Source of the DNA: Candidatus Rariloculaceae bacterium
Lineage (GTDB): Bacteria; Pseudomonadota; Gammaproteobacteria; Steroidobacterales; Rariloculaceae
NCBI GenBank assembly: GCA_965205045.1
Contig: OZ242031.1
Coordinates: 934,124-998,123, forward strand
Direction: 5' to 3'
DNA: 64,000 bases
A program made the translations under genes and the position numbers. Below the pieces are notes generated by a model. That model made no database searches. It saw nothing but the letters and a program-made list of their open reading frames with translations, and had not been told where the DNA came from. Numbering within the stretch: the first letter of the stretch is position 1; each line of letters begins with the position of its first letter. Of the stretch, positions 19,891-29,756 are shown piece by piece.

Positions 19891-20193
19891 ATGGTCAAGG
19901 TGACGACATTTGACGCGAGTGCCTATCTCGATGACGAAGAAGTTATCGTGGAGTATCTTGCCGCGTCTCTCGAAGACGACAATCCGGATGTTTTCCTCGC
20001 CGCAATTGCGAATGTGGCCAGGGCTCGAGGTATGGCTGACGTGGCAAAGCGAACAGGGCTGGGCCGCGAAAGTCTCTACAAAGCGCTCAAGCCAGGGGCC
20101 AAACCTCGCTACGACACAATCATGAAAGTGATTCGCAGCCTGAATGTCAAACTTTCCGTTGAGAGTGAAGTTCGACGAGCAAAAGCACCATAG
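19891..20193 (+). CDS. Addiction-module antidote (HI1420/HigA-like Xre HTH), orphan
   Basis: FDASAYLDDEE...VARARGMADVAKRTGLGRESLYKALKPGAKPRYDT; AGGAGG RBS upstream. Confidence 0.88.
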   Translation: MVKVTTFDASAYLDDEEVIVEYLAASLEDDNPDVFLAAIANVARARGMADVAKRTGLGRESLYKALKPGAKPRYDTIMKVIRSLNVKLSVESEVRRAKAP

Positions 20194-20394
20194 CTCGCTG
20201 CAGGGTGCTCGTAAACGACCGCTTGCTAACTCATGCGAGACTGCCGCCTTATCTCATCTACGCACAGAGTTTGAAGTCATAGGGCCGTAGGCACTTCGAG
20301 ATACCTTTGTCAGCTGCGTTTGCGCTGTGGGACCGCAGCGGTACGCCGTTGTAGACTGGCGCCCCGACGGGCATCAAGGAAAGGTACGTGACAT

Positions 20395-20736
20395 ATGGGC
20401 AGTAGCTCCTACAAGGCGACCGGCACGATACGAATCCGGTACGACCCACCAAAGACAGCAAGTCGAATATTTTTCACTCCACACGCCGACTCGACGTTAC
20501 GGCAGGATGGCAAGCAATACGCGATGTTCAGCGCCATGACGGATGCGGGCGGGACGGCACGCGGTGTAATTCTGCCGGATTCTGGAGTGGAAATTGAGAT
20601 CGGCGTGAAGGCGGATCACGCTGGATTGTTGTCGGCGGTGGCGCGGGAGATGCTCGTCGAAGTGGAGGTTGTGAAACGCAAATCGAAATGGGAGTTGAAG
20701 GCCATCACCGTCCCCGCGCCCAACTACAAAAAGTGA
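20395..20736 (+). CDS. Small beta-rich hypothetical protein coupled to the SIR2-like gene
   Basis: 113-aa ORF, AAGG RBS; its TGA overlaps the next GTG (GTGA at 20733-20736). Confidence 0.65.
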   Translation: MGSSSYKATGTIRIRYDPPKTASRIFFTPHADSTLRQDGKQYAMFSAMTDAGGTARGVILPDSGVEIEIGVKADHAGLLSAVAREMLVEVEVVKRKSKWELKAITVPAPNYKK

Positions 20737-22433
20737 CAAGCAGCCCGCGCACGGTGCTGTTTTGGGGAGCTGGTGCGACAGCATCTCTAGGCATTCGCAC
20801 GACACAGCAGGAGGCGGAGTTTCTCCGCCAACTCGCCTCGGCTCCGGGGAGAGGAAGAACGCCATCCCTGCGCCGCCGCGTTCGCAGCGCTCTTGGAGCC
20901 GGCTTCCCAAGGCGATGGGTTGATGCGCTGTATGACTTGTTATGTATTCTCGGAGACACAGTTACCACGCGCGGACGGATGCCTGCCCACGGAAACATCG
21001 GTGTGGAACAGCTTGAGGCCATGGGCCGAAACTGGGAGTCGAGAAATAAGGAGGAGTTGCGCAACCGCATTGTTGAACTGCGCGGCCTCTACGACTGGCC
21101 GGCACTGGTCGCCGCCATCAATGCCTGCCCGGGCCAGACCTCCGGAACCTATTCGGGGTCACATGCGTCATCGGCAGGTGACGGCTTCCAGCTCATCGAC
21201 TTGTTCAACCTCTTGGATATGCACCTGCAGAGCGGTCACGGTTTCCGAGGCGAGGACGGCACGTTTTTACCGCATCAACGCGTCCTCGGAGCCCGTGGGG
21301 CGTTGGGACTACTTATCCAGTCGATGTTCTATGTCGACTGGCATGTACGAGCCCGATCGAGTGCAGACCTCAAGCACCATTACGACTTCGGGCTTGAGCT
21401 GGGCCGGCGGATGCAGATTCGGGGTCAGAAATTGGCCGATGGAGCTCGGCCCGAGACATTCGAGGAGCCCGAATTCATTTTGGGCGATGTAACCGTTTTG
21501 AGTATGAATTGGGACCCAATTGGTCTTTGGGCTCAGATTTTGGCGAACCGCCGCCTCAACAGAGCTCCCACCGTGCCGCACGTCGGCGCTCCGGCTCGAA
21601 GGATGCAGTTGAATCACGATCTGGGCTACTTTATCGCCGGTCCGAGGGTCGAGAAAGACCATCTAGGTAGCAAGGTCTGGCAACCCATGAACATCTCGGG
21701 CGCCAGACAGCTTAACGATCCGGACCACGGTGCGCATGTGCGCATCCGCGTTAGTCAATTCTTGTTTCCCCACGGCTGTCTTTGGTGGCGCGAGTGTCCG
21801 AGCTGCGGCAAGCTGTCGTCCTATCTGGGTGACACGTGGGAAACCAATTCGAAGACCTTGCTCCCGCCGCCGCCGCTCAAGGCTTTCGCCACCGGTGTTG
21901 CATTCGAAAGCTGGTGTAGGGACTCCAAAGATGAAGAGCGTCCCGCGTGGACGCGCGGTGAAGTAGACGCCCGCGCATGCGTGCATTGCGAGACCCTTAC
22001 ATACGCGCACCACGCACCGTTGGTTATGCAAACAAGCTTCAAGACTTCCAGACCACCGTTCCTCGAGGAAATCCAGCGTGAGATGCGTGTTGTGGTGGAG
22101 GAAGCGGATCACATCGTCTTCATGGGGTATGGCCTGCCGCCTGATGACGTGACGTATCGGGCATTCCTTGCAGCGAGAACTCGAAGAGATTCACCCCGAC
22201 AAGTAAAGTGCAGCGTGATCGGCAAAGACAAACATTTCCTTAGCGGCTGGCATTATCCAGATGATCTGAGTCGCAGGTCCCGCCTGCCGGATGCCGTTTG
22301 CCATGCACAGGAATTGTTTGGAGCGGAGAACGTCCGCTACTACGGTGCGGGGATCCCGGAAGTCTTTCGCGACGGTGCCGGTGAAGTCACGGCGGCGACC
22401 GTCGACCGGTTGCTTTGCTGGAACAGGCGTTAG
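20733..22433 (+). CDS. SIR2-like (sirtuin-fold) protein with Zn-ribbon insert
   Basis: VLFWGAGAT, SMNWD, FPHGC, CPSC and CVHC pairs, IVFMGYGLPPDD. Confidence 0.75.
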   Translation: MTSSPRTVLFWGAGATASLGIRTTQQEAEFLRQLASAPGRGRTPSLRRRVRSALGAGFPRRWVDALYDLLCILGDTVTTRGRMPAHGNIGVEQLEAMGRNWESRNKEELRNRIVELRGLYDWPALVAAINACPGQTSGTYSGSHASSAGDGFQLIDLFNLLDMHLQSGHGFRGEDGTFLPHQRVLGARGALGLLIQSMFYVDWHVRARSSADLKHHYDFGLELGRRMQIRGQKLADGARPETFEEPEFILGDVTVLSMNWDPIGLWAQILANRRLNRAPTVPHVGAPARRMQLNHDLGYFIAGPRVEKDHLGSKVWQPMNISGARQLNDPDHGAHVRIRVSQFLFPHGCLWWRECPSCGKLSSYLGDTWETNSKTLLPPPPLKAFATGVAFESWCRDSKDEERPAWTRGEVDARACVHCETLTYAHHAPLVMQTSFKTSRPPFLEEIQREMRVVVEEADHIVFMGYGLPPDDVTYRAFLAARTRRDSPRQVKCSVIGKDKHFLSGWHYPDDLSRRSRLPDAVCHAQELFGAENVRYYGAGIPEVFRDGAGEVTAATVDRLLCWNRR

Positions 22434-22447
22434 ACTCGTCATGGAAA

Positions 22448-22635
22448 TGAACCGCCCCGGGTACGCCGGAGACTCTATTGTGTGAGTCTGGCCACCTTGG
22501 CCGACTCTTGATATTGAAAATAAACTTCTTCCTTCTCAACCGGAGTCAACTCGCCGATCAGTTCAAACAGCCGGCGATGGTTGAACCACTCGACCCATTC
22601 CAGCGTCGCCAACTCCACCGCCTCAAGGAGCGCTA
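22448..22635 (-). mobile_element. IS3-family remnant (right end plus OrfB C-terminus)
   Basis: Terminal repeat TGAACCGCCCCGGGTACGCCGGAGACT resembles IS629/IS51-type ends; minus strand encodes LEAVELATLEWVEWFNHRRL. Confidence 0.85.
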
Positions 22636-22806
22636 CTCGAAAGGTGGCTCGCTCCCGACCAGCAGCCGGACCGGCGAGCATGGATCGATGCACGGAGCAC
22701 GCATGCTCGCTGGCTATTGTTTCTCTTACGGATGGCAAATATCGTTAGAAATAGTGTATTGTAGTGAACAAGCTATCGTCAGGCGACACCCACGCAAGGT
22801 CCCGCG

Positions 22807-23505
22807 ATGCACAATGACCCCGTGCGTCAAACAATCCGCGAACTGCTCTGGCGGCGCGGGCTCAACATGCGAGAGGCGTCGCTCGCAATCGGTCGTAACG
22901 TCAGCTACATGCACGGATTCCTCGAGCGCGGCACCCCCAAGGTTCTCAGTCGCAGCAACGCGGAAAAACTCGCCAAGGTGCTCGGCTGCGAGGCCCAGGC
23001 GCTGCATCACGCCGGGCGCCCGCCGCGGCGCAATCGCACCGGGACGAGGCAGCGCCCGTCCACGCCGCAAGGCGAGGGACCGGCTCCGCTGACCGCCATC
23101 CCGGAGGTTGAGGTGGAAGCCTCGGCCGGGCCGGGGGCACTTGCCGAGGAGTTCGTCGCGGAAAAGGCCCGTTGGTTTTTGCCCGAGGGGATGATCCTCT
23201 ACGAGGGCAGCGCGAGCCCAGCCGCGATGCGCGTGCTGCGGGTGCGCGGCGTGTCCATGGAACCGGAGCTCGCCGAGGGCGACCGGCTGCTCGTCGACAC
23301 CTCCCGGCGCCGTCCCGAGACCGGCGAAATGTTCGTGCTCTGGGACGGCAACGGGCTGGTGGTAAAGCGCATCGAGCTGGCGAACGGCAGCGGCGCGCCT
23401 GCGTTTCGGCTGAAGTCAGCCCACCCCGACTACGCCGACTACAGCTGCTTGGCGCAGGACGTGCACATCGTCGGCAAGGTGATCTGGACCGTTAGGAGGG
23501 TGTGA
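22807..23505 (+). CDS. CI/LexA-like repressor (HTH plus S24 peptidase)
   Basis: N-terminal HTH, VEASAGPG cleavage site, VRGVSMEP, LVVKRI, IVGKVIW. Confidence 0.88.
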   Translation: MHNDPVRQTIRELLWRRGLNMREASLAIGRNVSYMHGFLERGTPKVLSRSNAEKLAKVLGCEAQALHHAGRPPRRNRTGTRQRPSTPQGEGPAPLTAIPEVEVEASAGPGALAEEFVAEKARWFLPEGMILYEGSASPAAMRVLRVRGVSMEPELAEGDRLLVDTSRRRPETGEMFVLWDGNGLVVKRIELANGSGAPAFRLKSAHPDYADYSCLAQDVHIVGKVIWTVRRV

Positions 23506-23814
23506 GGTGGAGAAGTGGCGGGGCATCGGGCATTCGAATACGGTGGCGAGTACAATCTTCAATGTCTGCAACGAGACGTTGTGGCACATATTGGCCGACA
23601 GGACTCTTGTCGTCGATTTGGCCCGACAAGCCTGTTCCATGCTACCGAAGACCGATCCCATGCCCGGAGATAGCGCAGTAATAGTGTGCCCGATGGAACC
23701 GATTATCGTGATGCTGCGCGATCATCATGCCCGCTCTTTGCCGGTCACCGTCGAAACAGCCAGAGGACATGGCGGCGGGATATTGGAACCGGCGGCAGCC
23801 TGAGGGCAACATCG

Positions 23815-26800
23815 ATGAACTCCGTACCTGCGCTTCCTTTGTCTGCCGAGTGGAAAGACCGCCTGGACTTGTCCAATCGAGAAATCCCGGAACTCTATGA
23901 AGATGCTGCGGTCGTTGGACGGAACCCGCATGCGAACGCGATAAGGATGGCCCTGGCAGACTTGGGCGCATCGGCGGTGCTTTGCGTCCAGGGCGTGCCG
24001 ACGGTCGTGATTGTTGTGCTCGAAGAATACAAACGCGAGCGGGTGCTCGCCTTGCACGGCGCACTATGGAACCAGGGCCTGGCTGCACTCTTGCTCGTCC
24101 TTTCTGGCGATACAATACGGGCATTCTCCCTCGCGAGGATTCCGTACAGCGACGCTCGCGAATTCGATAGCCGCTGTCTCGTCCGGGAGCTCGACGCCGT
24201 CTCGGACGGGCTTGCCATCAAGGACTTCATCTACGGCGCGGAGTCCGGTCGGCTGTGGGAGCACCATGCCGGTTACTTCAGGGCGAGCGAGCGAATCGAT
24301 CAAGTATTGCTCGACAACATCTCGGCGTCTCACGCCGCGCTTTGCGAGGATGGCTTGTCCGGGGATGCCGCCCAAGCGCTCCTAATTCAGGCAATGTTCG
24401 TTGCCTACTTGGAAGATCGACAAATCATCGGGCGGGAGTATTTCAGGGCCGCTTCCAATGGTGCTACCGAAACGTTTCTCGGACTCCTTGAGTCGACAAG
24501 CGCGGCGGGGCTGTATCGGCTGTTCGATAGTTTGCGCACGGATTTCAACGGAGACCTGTTCGTGGCTCCATGCTCGTTCGACGCAAGGGGGTTCAGACCG
24601 AGAGTGGTCCGAGACCACTTGCAGATCTTGGCGAGATTTCGCGCCGGGCGGGAAGTGATGGGCGAGACCGGTGGCCAGTTGCGCTTTTGGGGTTACGACT
24701 TCAAATTCATTCCGATCGAACTCATCAGCGCGGTTTACGATCGTTTCCTGGGCGCACTGAAGCCGCAGCGCCGAGCGCGTGGCGCGTACTACACCCCAAT
24801 GTTCCTTGCGGATACCGTGATTTCGGCATTGTGGGATACCCTGCCCGCAAGCGCGAAGGCGAATGGCCGGTTTCTCGACCCGGCATGTGGCTCGGGTGTG
24901 TTTCTCGTACGGTCTTTCCAACTTTTGTGCGAACACTGGCGCGAGACTCGTGGATCACGGACGATTCGATGGGCCAGTCTGCTCACGATTCTGTCCCGGC
25001 TACGCGGATGTGATGTAAACGCTGGCGCCGTTCGGGTTGCGGTGTTCTCGCTATACGTCGCGCTGTTGCAGGAGGTCAACCCGCCGGACATACGGTTGCT
25101 CATCAAGCGGCGCAAGCTGCTTCCTGAATTGTGGAACCGTACTCTCTGCTCGGAAGACTTCTTTCAAGCTTCAGAGGAGGAATTGAAAGCGGAGGTGATT
25201 CTCGGCAACCCACCATGGTCGAGCCGTCGCGGCGCAGACCACGATTCGGTGGTCTGGTGTGAAGAGCATCAGGTTCCGATGCCGGGCAGGGAGGACGCTT
25301 GGGCGTTCGTATGGAAGTCGCTTCGGCATTTGCCGGAGAATGGCATAGTCGGCTTTCTGCTCCCGGCTATGGGTTTCTTGCACAACCATGCCAAGAGTGC
25401 GGTCGAAGCTCGAAACCGGCTAATTGGTGACGCACGGATTTTCCGCATCATCAATTTCGCAGATTTGCGGTTCCATCTCTTCGAGGGTGCGGTGCGTCCC
25501 GCCGCGTTGGTGATATTTGGTCGTAGGGAGACAGATGCACCAGGCTACCGCTTCGACTACTGGGCGCCGAAAGCGGATCTGAATCTCAAGATGCGACGTG
25601 TGATATCGCTGAGCAGTGTGGATCGAGGTTCGGTCGCGTCAATGGACGTCAGCGAGGATCCATTCGTGTTCAAGCGACGTTTATGGATGAGCGACCCCGA
25701 AGCCAAGTTATTCAATTACTTGCAAGCGCTTCCAAAACTCGGTGCCTTGGTGAGCGAGTATCGAATCGCATACTGGAGGATGAAATCGTTTGAGCATCGC
25801 TGGGTAGTAGGAAACGGGTTTAAGCCCGTTTCGGAAGATCGGCTCAAGGATGATGAGTACCAGTACCAAAGGAGCGAGACGGTTTTGAAGGCCCCCTATC
25901 TACCGGTTAAGGCGCTTCGCGTATTGGCGCAAGATACCGGGCGGCTTCGCGTCTTCAATGAGAGGGACGACGGCTTAGTGCACAGAAAAGGTTTTGAACG
26001 CGGTTTCACCGGTCCTCGTATACTGGTTCCGTGTGGGATCAGCACCTCGCGCCAAAGGCTTCGTGCCAGCTACCTTGAGGACCCGCTCACATTCGAGCAC
26101 ATCATATTCGCCATTTCTGTGCCTAGTCGCGACGCGAGACGGGCGAAATTCCTAACGGCACTTCTGAATAGCAAGCTTCTGTATTGGTTTGCATTCCACA
26201 GCACGGCGTCGTTTGGTTCGGATAGACCCAAAATTCATCAATCTGAACTACTTCGCCTTCCGTTCCCGGCTCCCCAGGATTTTCCGCAAGACAACAGATC
26301 CTCCGACGCTGCTAATGCGCTTGTGGCGCTCATTGATGATGCGATGGCATCGGCGCGAGAAAATTTCGCATTGGAGGCCAGCGACGACGGGTTACTCGAC
26401 GAGCTCGACTCGCATTGTTACACGTATTTCGGTCTGGGCGAAGAGGAGATCGCCTTGGTCGAGGACGCCGTCGCCAGCGTGATTCCGGGCGTGCAGCCAC
26501 ACGCGGGAAGCTCTATCGATCTGTGGCGACCGGCGGGGCCGGAAGAGCGAGCGACATATGCGAGCACACTGACTCGAAGTATGGCGCAGTGGTTCAGCGA
26601 AGACACCTCTGTTCGCGTTGAGCTTGAGGCACGAAACAACGACCTCGCGCTCGTGCAGCTACGCTTGGTAGAGCGCCATGACTGGGAGGCATACAGCGAG
26701 CGAAATGACGAGACCGTAGGGGCAGCGCTTGCGCGGCTGAGAGCGAGTATAGATGTACCCCTCCCGGGTAATTTTCAGTTGTTTCCGAATTTCCGGGTGT

Positions 26801-26940
26801 TCATCGGAAAGAGTCTCTATCTCGTGAAACCCCTACAGCGGCGATTTTGGTTGAGGTCTGCTGCCATCGCCGATGCGGACGCGTTGGCCATGGAATTGCA
26901 GGACGCTCTTCCACTCGGCAACCTCACCGGTTTTGCCTGA
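23815..26940 (+). CDS. Large N6-adenine DNA methyltransferase (type IIG/Eco57I-like architecture)
   Basis: IPIELISAVY, GAYYTP, motif I LDPACGSGVFL, motif IV GNPPW, TRD-like C-terminus (FLTALLNSKL). Confidence 0.88.
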   Translation: MNSVPALPLSAEWKDRLDLSNREIPELYEDAAVVGRNPHANAIRMALADLGASAVLCVQGVPTVVIVVLEEYKRERVLALHGALWNQGLAALLLVLSGDTIRAFSLARIPYSDAREFDSRCLVRELDAVSDGLAIKDFIYGAESGRLWEHHAGYFRASERIDQVLLDNISASHAALCEDGLSGDAAQALLIQAMFVAYLEDRQIIGREYFRAASNGATETFLGLLESTSAAGLYRLFDSLRTDFNGDLFVAPCSFDARGFRPRVVRDHLQILARFRAGREVMGETGGQLRFWGYDFKFIPIELISAVYDRFLGALKPQRRARGAYYTPMFLADTVISALWDTLPASAKANGRFLDPACGSGVFLVRSFQLLCEHWRETRGSRTIRWASLLTILSRLRGCDVNAGAVRVAVFSLYVALLQEVNPPDIRLLIKRRKLLPELWNRTLCSEDFFQASEEELKAEVILGNPPWSSRRGADHDSVVWCEEHQVPMPGREDAWAFVWKSLRHLPENGIVGFLLPAMGFLHNHAKSAVEARNRLIGDARIFRIINFADLRFHLFEGAVRPAALVIFGRRETDAPGYRFDYWAPKADLNLKMRRVISLSSVDRGSVASMDVSEDPFVFKRRLWMSDPEAKLFNYLQALPKLGALVSEYRIAYWRMKSFEHRWVVGNGFKPVSEDRLKDDEYQYQRSETVLKAPYLPVKALRVLAQDTGRLRVFNERDDGLVHRKGFERGFTGPRILVPCGISTSRQRLRASYLEDPLTFEHIIFAISVPSRDARRAKFLTALLNSKLLYWFAFHSTASFGSDRPKIHQSELLRLPFPAPQDFPQDNRSSDAANALVALIDDAMASARENFALEASDDGLLDELDSHCYTYFGLGEEEIALVEDAVASVIPGVQPHAGSSIDLWRPAGPEERATYASTLTRSMAQWFSEDTSVRVELEARNNDLALVQLRLVERHDWEAYSERNDETVGAALARLRASIDVPLPGNFQLFPNFRVFIGKSLYLVKPLQRRFWLRSAAIADADALAMELQDALPLGNLTGFA

Positions 26941-27617
26941 TGTTTGTCGGAGATCCTACACACTGGACCGCGCGGTTCAGATCTCTGGATGCCCGGTTTC
27001 TCGAGTGCGTTCTCGCGGTTTGGCCGAGGTGCGTGGCGGTGCTGCCCGATAAACCGTATGAGGACACGATCACCATCAACCTCGTCGATATCCTTTCAAG
27101 AGACGCGAGGGCTAGACGACTGTTTCACCATCTGGCGTATCAGCATGAGCCCTTTGGTTACACCGCCGACGGATTGGCCTACAGCAAGGGTAAGATCGAC
27201 ATGGCGCTGCTGTTGGATCAGGAACGGGAGCGATACCTGGCCTACGAGTGCAAACGCGTGAACGTCGTTCGAAACGGAAAGACGAGTTCGTTGGCGACGC
27301 CATATGTTCTGCAAGGCATGCTCCGTTTCATCACAGAACAGTACGCGGCCGATCTCCCCGTGGGGTGCATGCTGGGCTACGTACTCGATGGAAACGTGAA
27401 CACTGCGCGAGCAAAAGTCCGAGCAGCGATCGACTCAAATAGCGCCAATATTGGGTTAGTGGGAAATCCGACGGACGGTCAGCCAATTGGCGTAATCAGG
27501 AGGTTATCCAGCCTTCATTGCCGCCCGTCGAACGGATCGGATATCGAAATTCGGCACGCTCTGTTGCCATTTCCTTTGCAACCGCAAGGCGACTTCAACT
27601 TCAACGATGCGCATTGA
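26940..27617 (+). CDS. Putative PD-(D/E)xK nuclease coupled to the methyltransferase
   Basis: TGATG overlap at 26938-26942; EDTIT...KIDMAL...YECKRV pattern. Confidence 0.65.
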   Translation: MFVGDPTHWTARFRSLDARFLECVLAVWPRCVAVLPDKPYEDTITINLVDILSRDARARRLFHHLAYQHEPFGYTADGLAYSKGKIDMALLLDQERERYLAYECKRVNVVRNGKTSSLATPYVLQGMLRFITEQYAADLPVGCMLGYVLDGNVNTARAKVRAAIDSNSANIGLVGNPTDGQPIGVIRRLSSLHCRPSNGSDIEIRHALLPFPLQPQGDFNFNDAH

Positions 27618-27638
27618 CGCGTATCGTTGTTCAAGAGG

Positions 27639-28247
27639 TCATTCCTCCGGTGTTTCTGGCCCAGCGGGCGGCGCGGCGAACTGATTCAACCAGTGCACTT
27701 TCGCCGGAGTCATCACGCCCGACAGGAGCATGGCGCGGGCGATTTCGTGGATCGTCAGGCTGGCGCGGGACAGCAGGTACGCCAGTTCGACCATGCGCAG
27801 GCGGGTGAGGAATTGCTCGATCATGTGGGCTTCGGGTCCGGTCAATCGCTCGGCGCGGAGCAGCCGGCGCAGCGTTCTGCCGTCCGGACGGGGATTGAAA
27901 CCGGCCAGGTGGTCGGCGGAGAGCGTTTCCAGGTAGCGGTCGGGGTCGGCGCACGGCGTCCTGAGATGCGCGTTCTCGTGATCGAACCATTCGAGGGGCA
28001 TTGGGGGCATCCTGGCCATGTACTCGGCGGGCCGACTGCCCTCGAACCGGGTCGGCGGCTTGCTTGGTCCGCCGATCAGGGAACCGTACTCCCCCATGTG
28101 GGAATCGCGCATGTCCTGCCCGCGCCGACGGGCCTCGGCGACACGATGCCGCTCGTATGCTGCGATCCGCTCTTCGATGGTCGGCACATGATCGCCCGGT
28201 GGCGGCGGGGAAAAGTAGGCACAGCGTACGGCATCGAAATCGATCAT
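27639..28247 (-). CDS. Hypothetical protein, probable partner of the AbiEii toxin
   Basis: 202-aa ORF with an ATGA overlap to the upstream nucleotidyltransferase. Confidence 0.6.
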   Translation of the reverse strand: MIDFDAVRCAYFSPPPPGDHVPTIEERIAAYERHRVAEARRRGQDMRDSHMGEYGSLIGGPSKPPTRFEGSRPAEYMARMPPMPLEWFDHENAHLRTPCADPDRYLETLSADHLAGFNPRPDGRTLRRLLRAERLTGPEAHMIEQFLTRLRMVELAYLLSRASLTIHEIARAMLLSGVMTPAKVHWLNQFAAPPAGPETPEE

Positions 28248-28954
28248 GGCTGGTGCCCTTCAGTGGATGCAAAGTCAACCGGATCGGCCTCGAACAATAG
28301 CCGTGCTCTGCGGGCAAGATCGCGCGCGAGATCGGGCCAGGCAGGCTCGCGAACCGGTTCCCCGCTGGACCAGCCGGGCGGCAGCGTGCGCAATTCGCTC
28401 GCGATGGCGGCCCGCTCGCCTGCCGTTACGGAGCCGAGCGCGCGTCGCAGGGATTCGGGGTCGTGCCGCTCGGCCGCCAGGAAGTCGTAGAGATCGCGAT
28501 CGGTGATTTCGCCGAGGTCGAGGATTCGGCTTTGCAGTTTCCGCGCGAGAATTTCTGCGGAGCTCTCCGCAGGAATATCCGTGCCAGCTGCCGACTCCGT
28601 GTAGTCGTCGGTCAACGTCGGGCGCGGAATGGTCATCAACGCGGCCGGGCCTTCCCGGAATCCGACGCGGAGCCAGCCCCGTTCCACTTCCACGGTGCCC
28701 TCTCCGGTTTCTCCGACCAGATGCTCAAGCGCGGCGGTCACTTCGTCGCGCCGCGCGAGAATGTTCTTCCTGTAGTTCTGGGTATCCGTGAAGAGGTCGA
28801 TGTCCGTGCTCACGCGGTGGCGCCAGCGAGCCGCGAGCACGGTCCCGCCCCCAAGGGCGTAGCCGTCATTGCCGAGCCAGGTGGATAGCAACGGGGCAAC
28901 GCGGGCCAGGATAATGCCGGGACAATCTTCAATGACGATTTGCGCTCGCGTCAC
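28244..28954 (-). CDS. AbiEii/AbiGii-family nucleotidyltransferase toxin
   Basis: LGGGTVLAARWRHRVSTDIDLF, EILARKL, RDLYD. Confidence 0.85.
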   Translation of the reverse strand: MTRAQIVIEDCPGIILARVAPLLSTWLGNDGYALGGGTVLAARWRHRVSTDIDLFTDTQNYRKNILARRDEVTAALEHLVGETGEGTVEVERGWLRVGFREGPAALMTIPRPTLTDDYTESAAGTDIPAESSAEILARKLQSRILDLGEITDRDLYDFLAAERHDPESLRRALGSVTAGERAAIASELRTLPPGWSSGEPVREPAWPDLARDLARRARLLFEADPVDFASTEGHQP

Positions 28955-29092
28955 TTCGGGCCTCTTTCCATTCTGTCACGCTTTTCCTCGGCGGCGCGTT
29001 CGGCGTTCAGGACCAACAAGGGCGCGAGCACTCTGTCGCCCACCTCAACCGGCTATTGGAATCTGGTTTGGACTTGAATCGAATGGGTTGGC

Positions 29093-29518
29093 TCATTGCC
29101 TCTCTCGCATGATTTCATATTGGTCCGCGATGTTGGCGGCAATGTCCTGAATGAACTGAGGACATTCATTCAAGGGCCATTCTTTACCGTTCACGACAGC
29201 GAATCCTCGATGGAAAGCATCATGCTCCAGCTTGAGTTCGGCTAGCCGTGTTTTCTCCCTTGCGTCGCGTGCTTTTGCTGCACACGCTTTTTGGTGGGCG
29301 AATTCAATTGCGGTTGCAAACGCGGCGCCTCGTCCATAGAACCCACGTTGGCCGAGCTTTCCATTCCTTTCCTGTGCTACACAAAATCTCACCTCTCCCA
29401 GACCGTACGCATAGGCATCTTCGCGTTCGCGGTCCGTTATGGACAACCAGTGGGCGATAGATTCTGGATCGTCAACCATTCGGCGCACATGGGCCGGTAC
29501 TTTGGTTATGTCTGTCAA
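29093..29518 (-). CDS. Hypothetical protein
   Basis: 141-aa ORF in a visibly AT-richer segment; no motif recognised. Confidence 0.45.
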   Translation of the reverse strand: MTDITKVPAHVRRMVDDPESIAHWLSITDREREDAYAYGLGEVRFCVAQERNGKLGQRGFYGRGAAFATAIEFAHQKACAAKARDAREKTRLAELKLEHDAFHRGFAVVNGKEWPLNECPQFIQDIAANIADQYEIMRERQ

Positions 29519-29756
29519 GCTGCTTTTCTGGAGTTCAGTCTTGGGACCCTCTTGGGCCGAATAGCCGAGATGGAACTCCGAATGCCAAGCGCACGACCCA
29601 ATGGTTCGGCGACGATTGCAATGCGGTTGTCACGGCCAGCCACGAGATAACGAGTATCATGCGAGCCTAAATGGGTGCTCGTGAGGCGTCAACGCGCTGA
29701 TTTGTCGCGCGACCCCGAGAAAGCCTGGACGATTCGAGAAGGGATATCCTCGTCTC

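Noticed and set aside
23507-23803. 98-aa ORF between the repressor and the methyltransferase
   Set aside because: No recognisable motif and atypical composition; cannot be supported, though not excluded.
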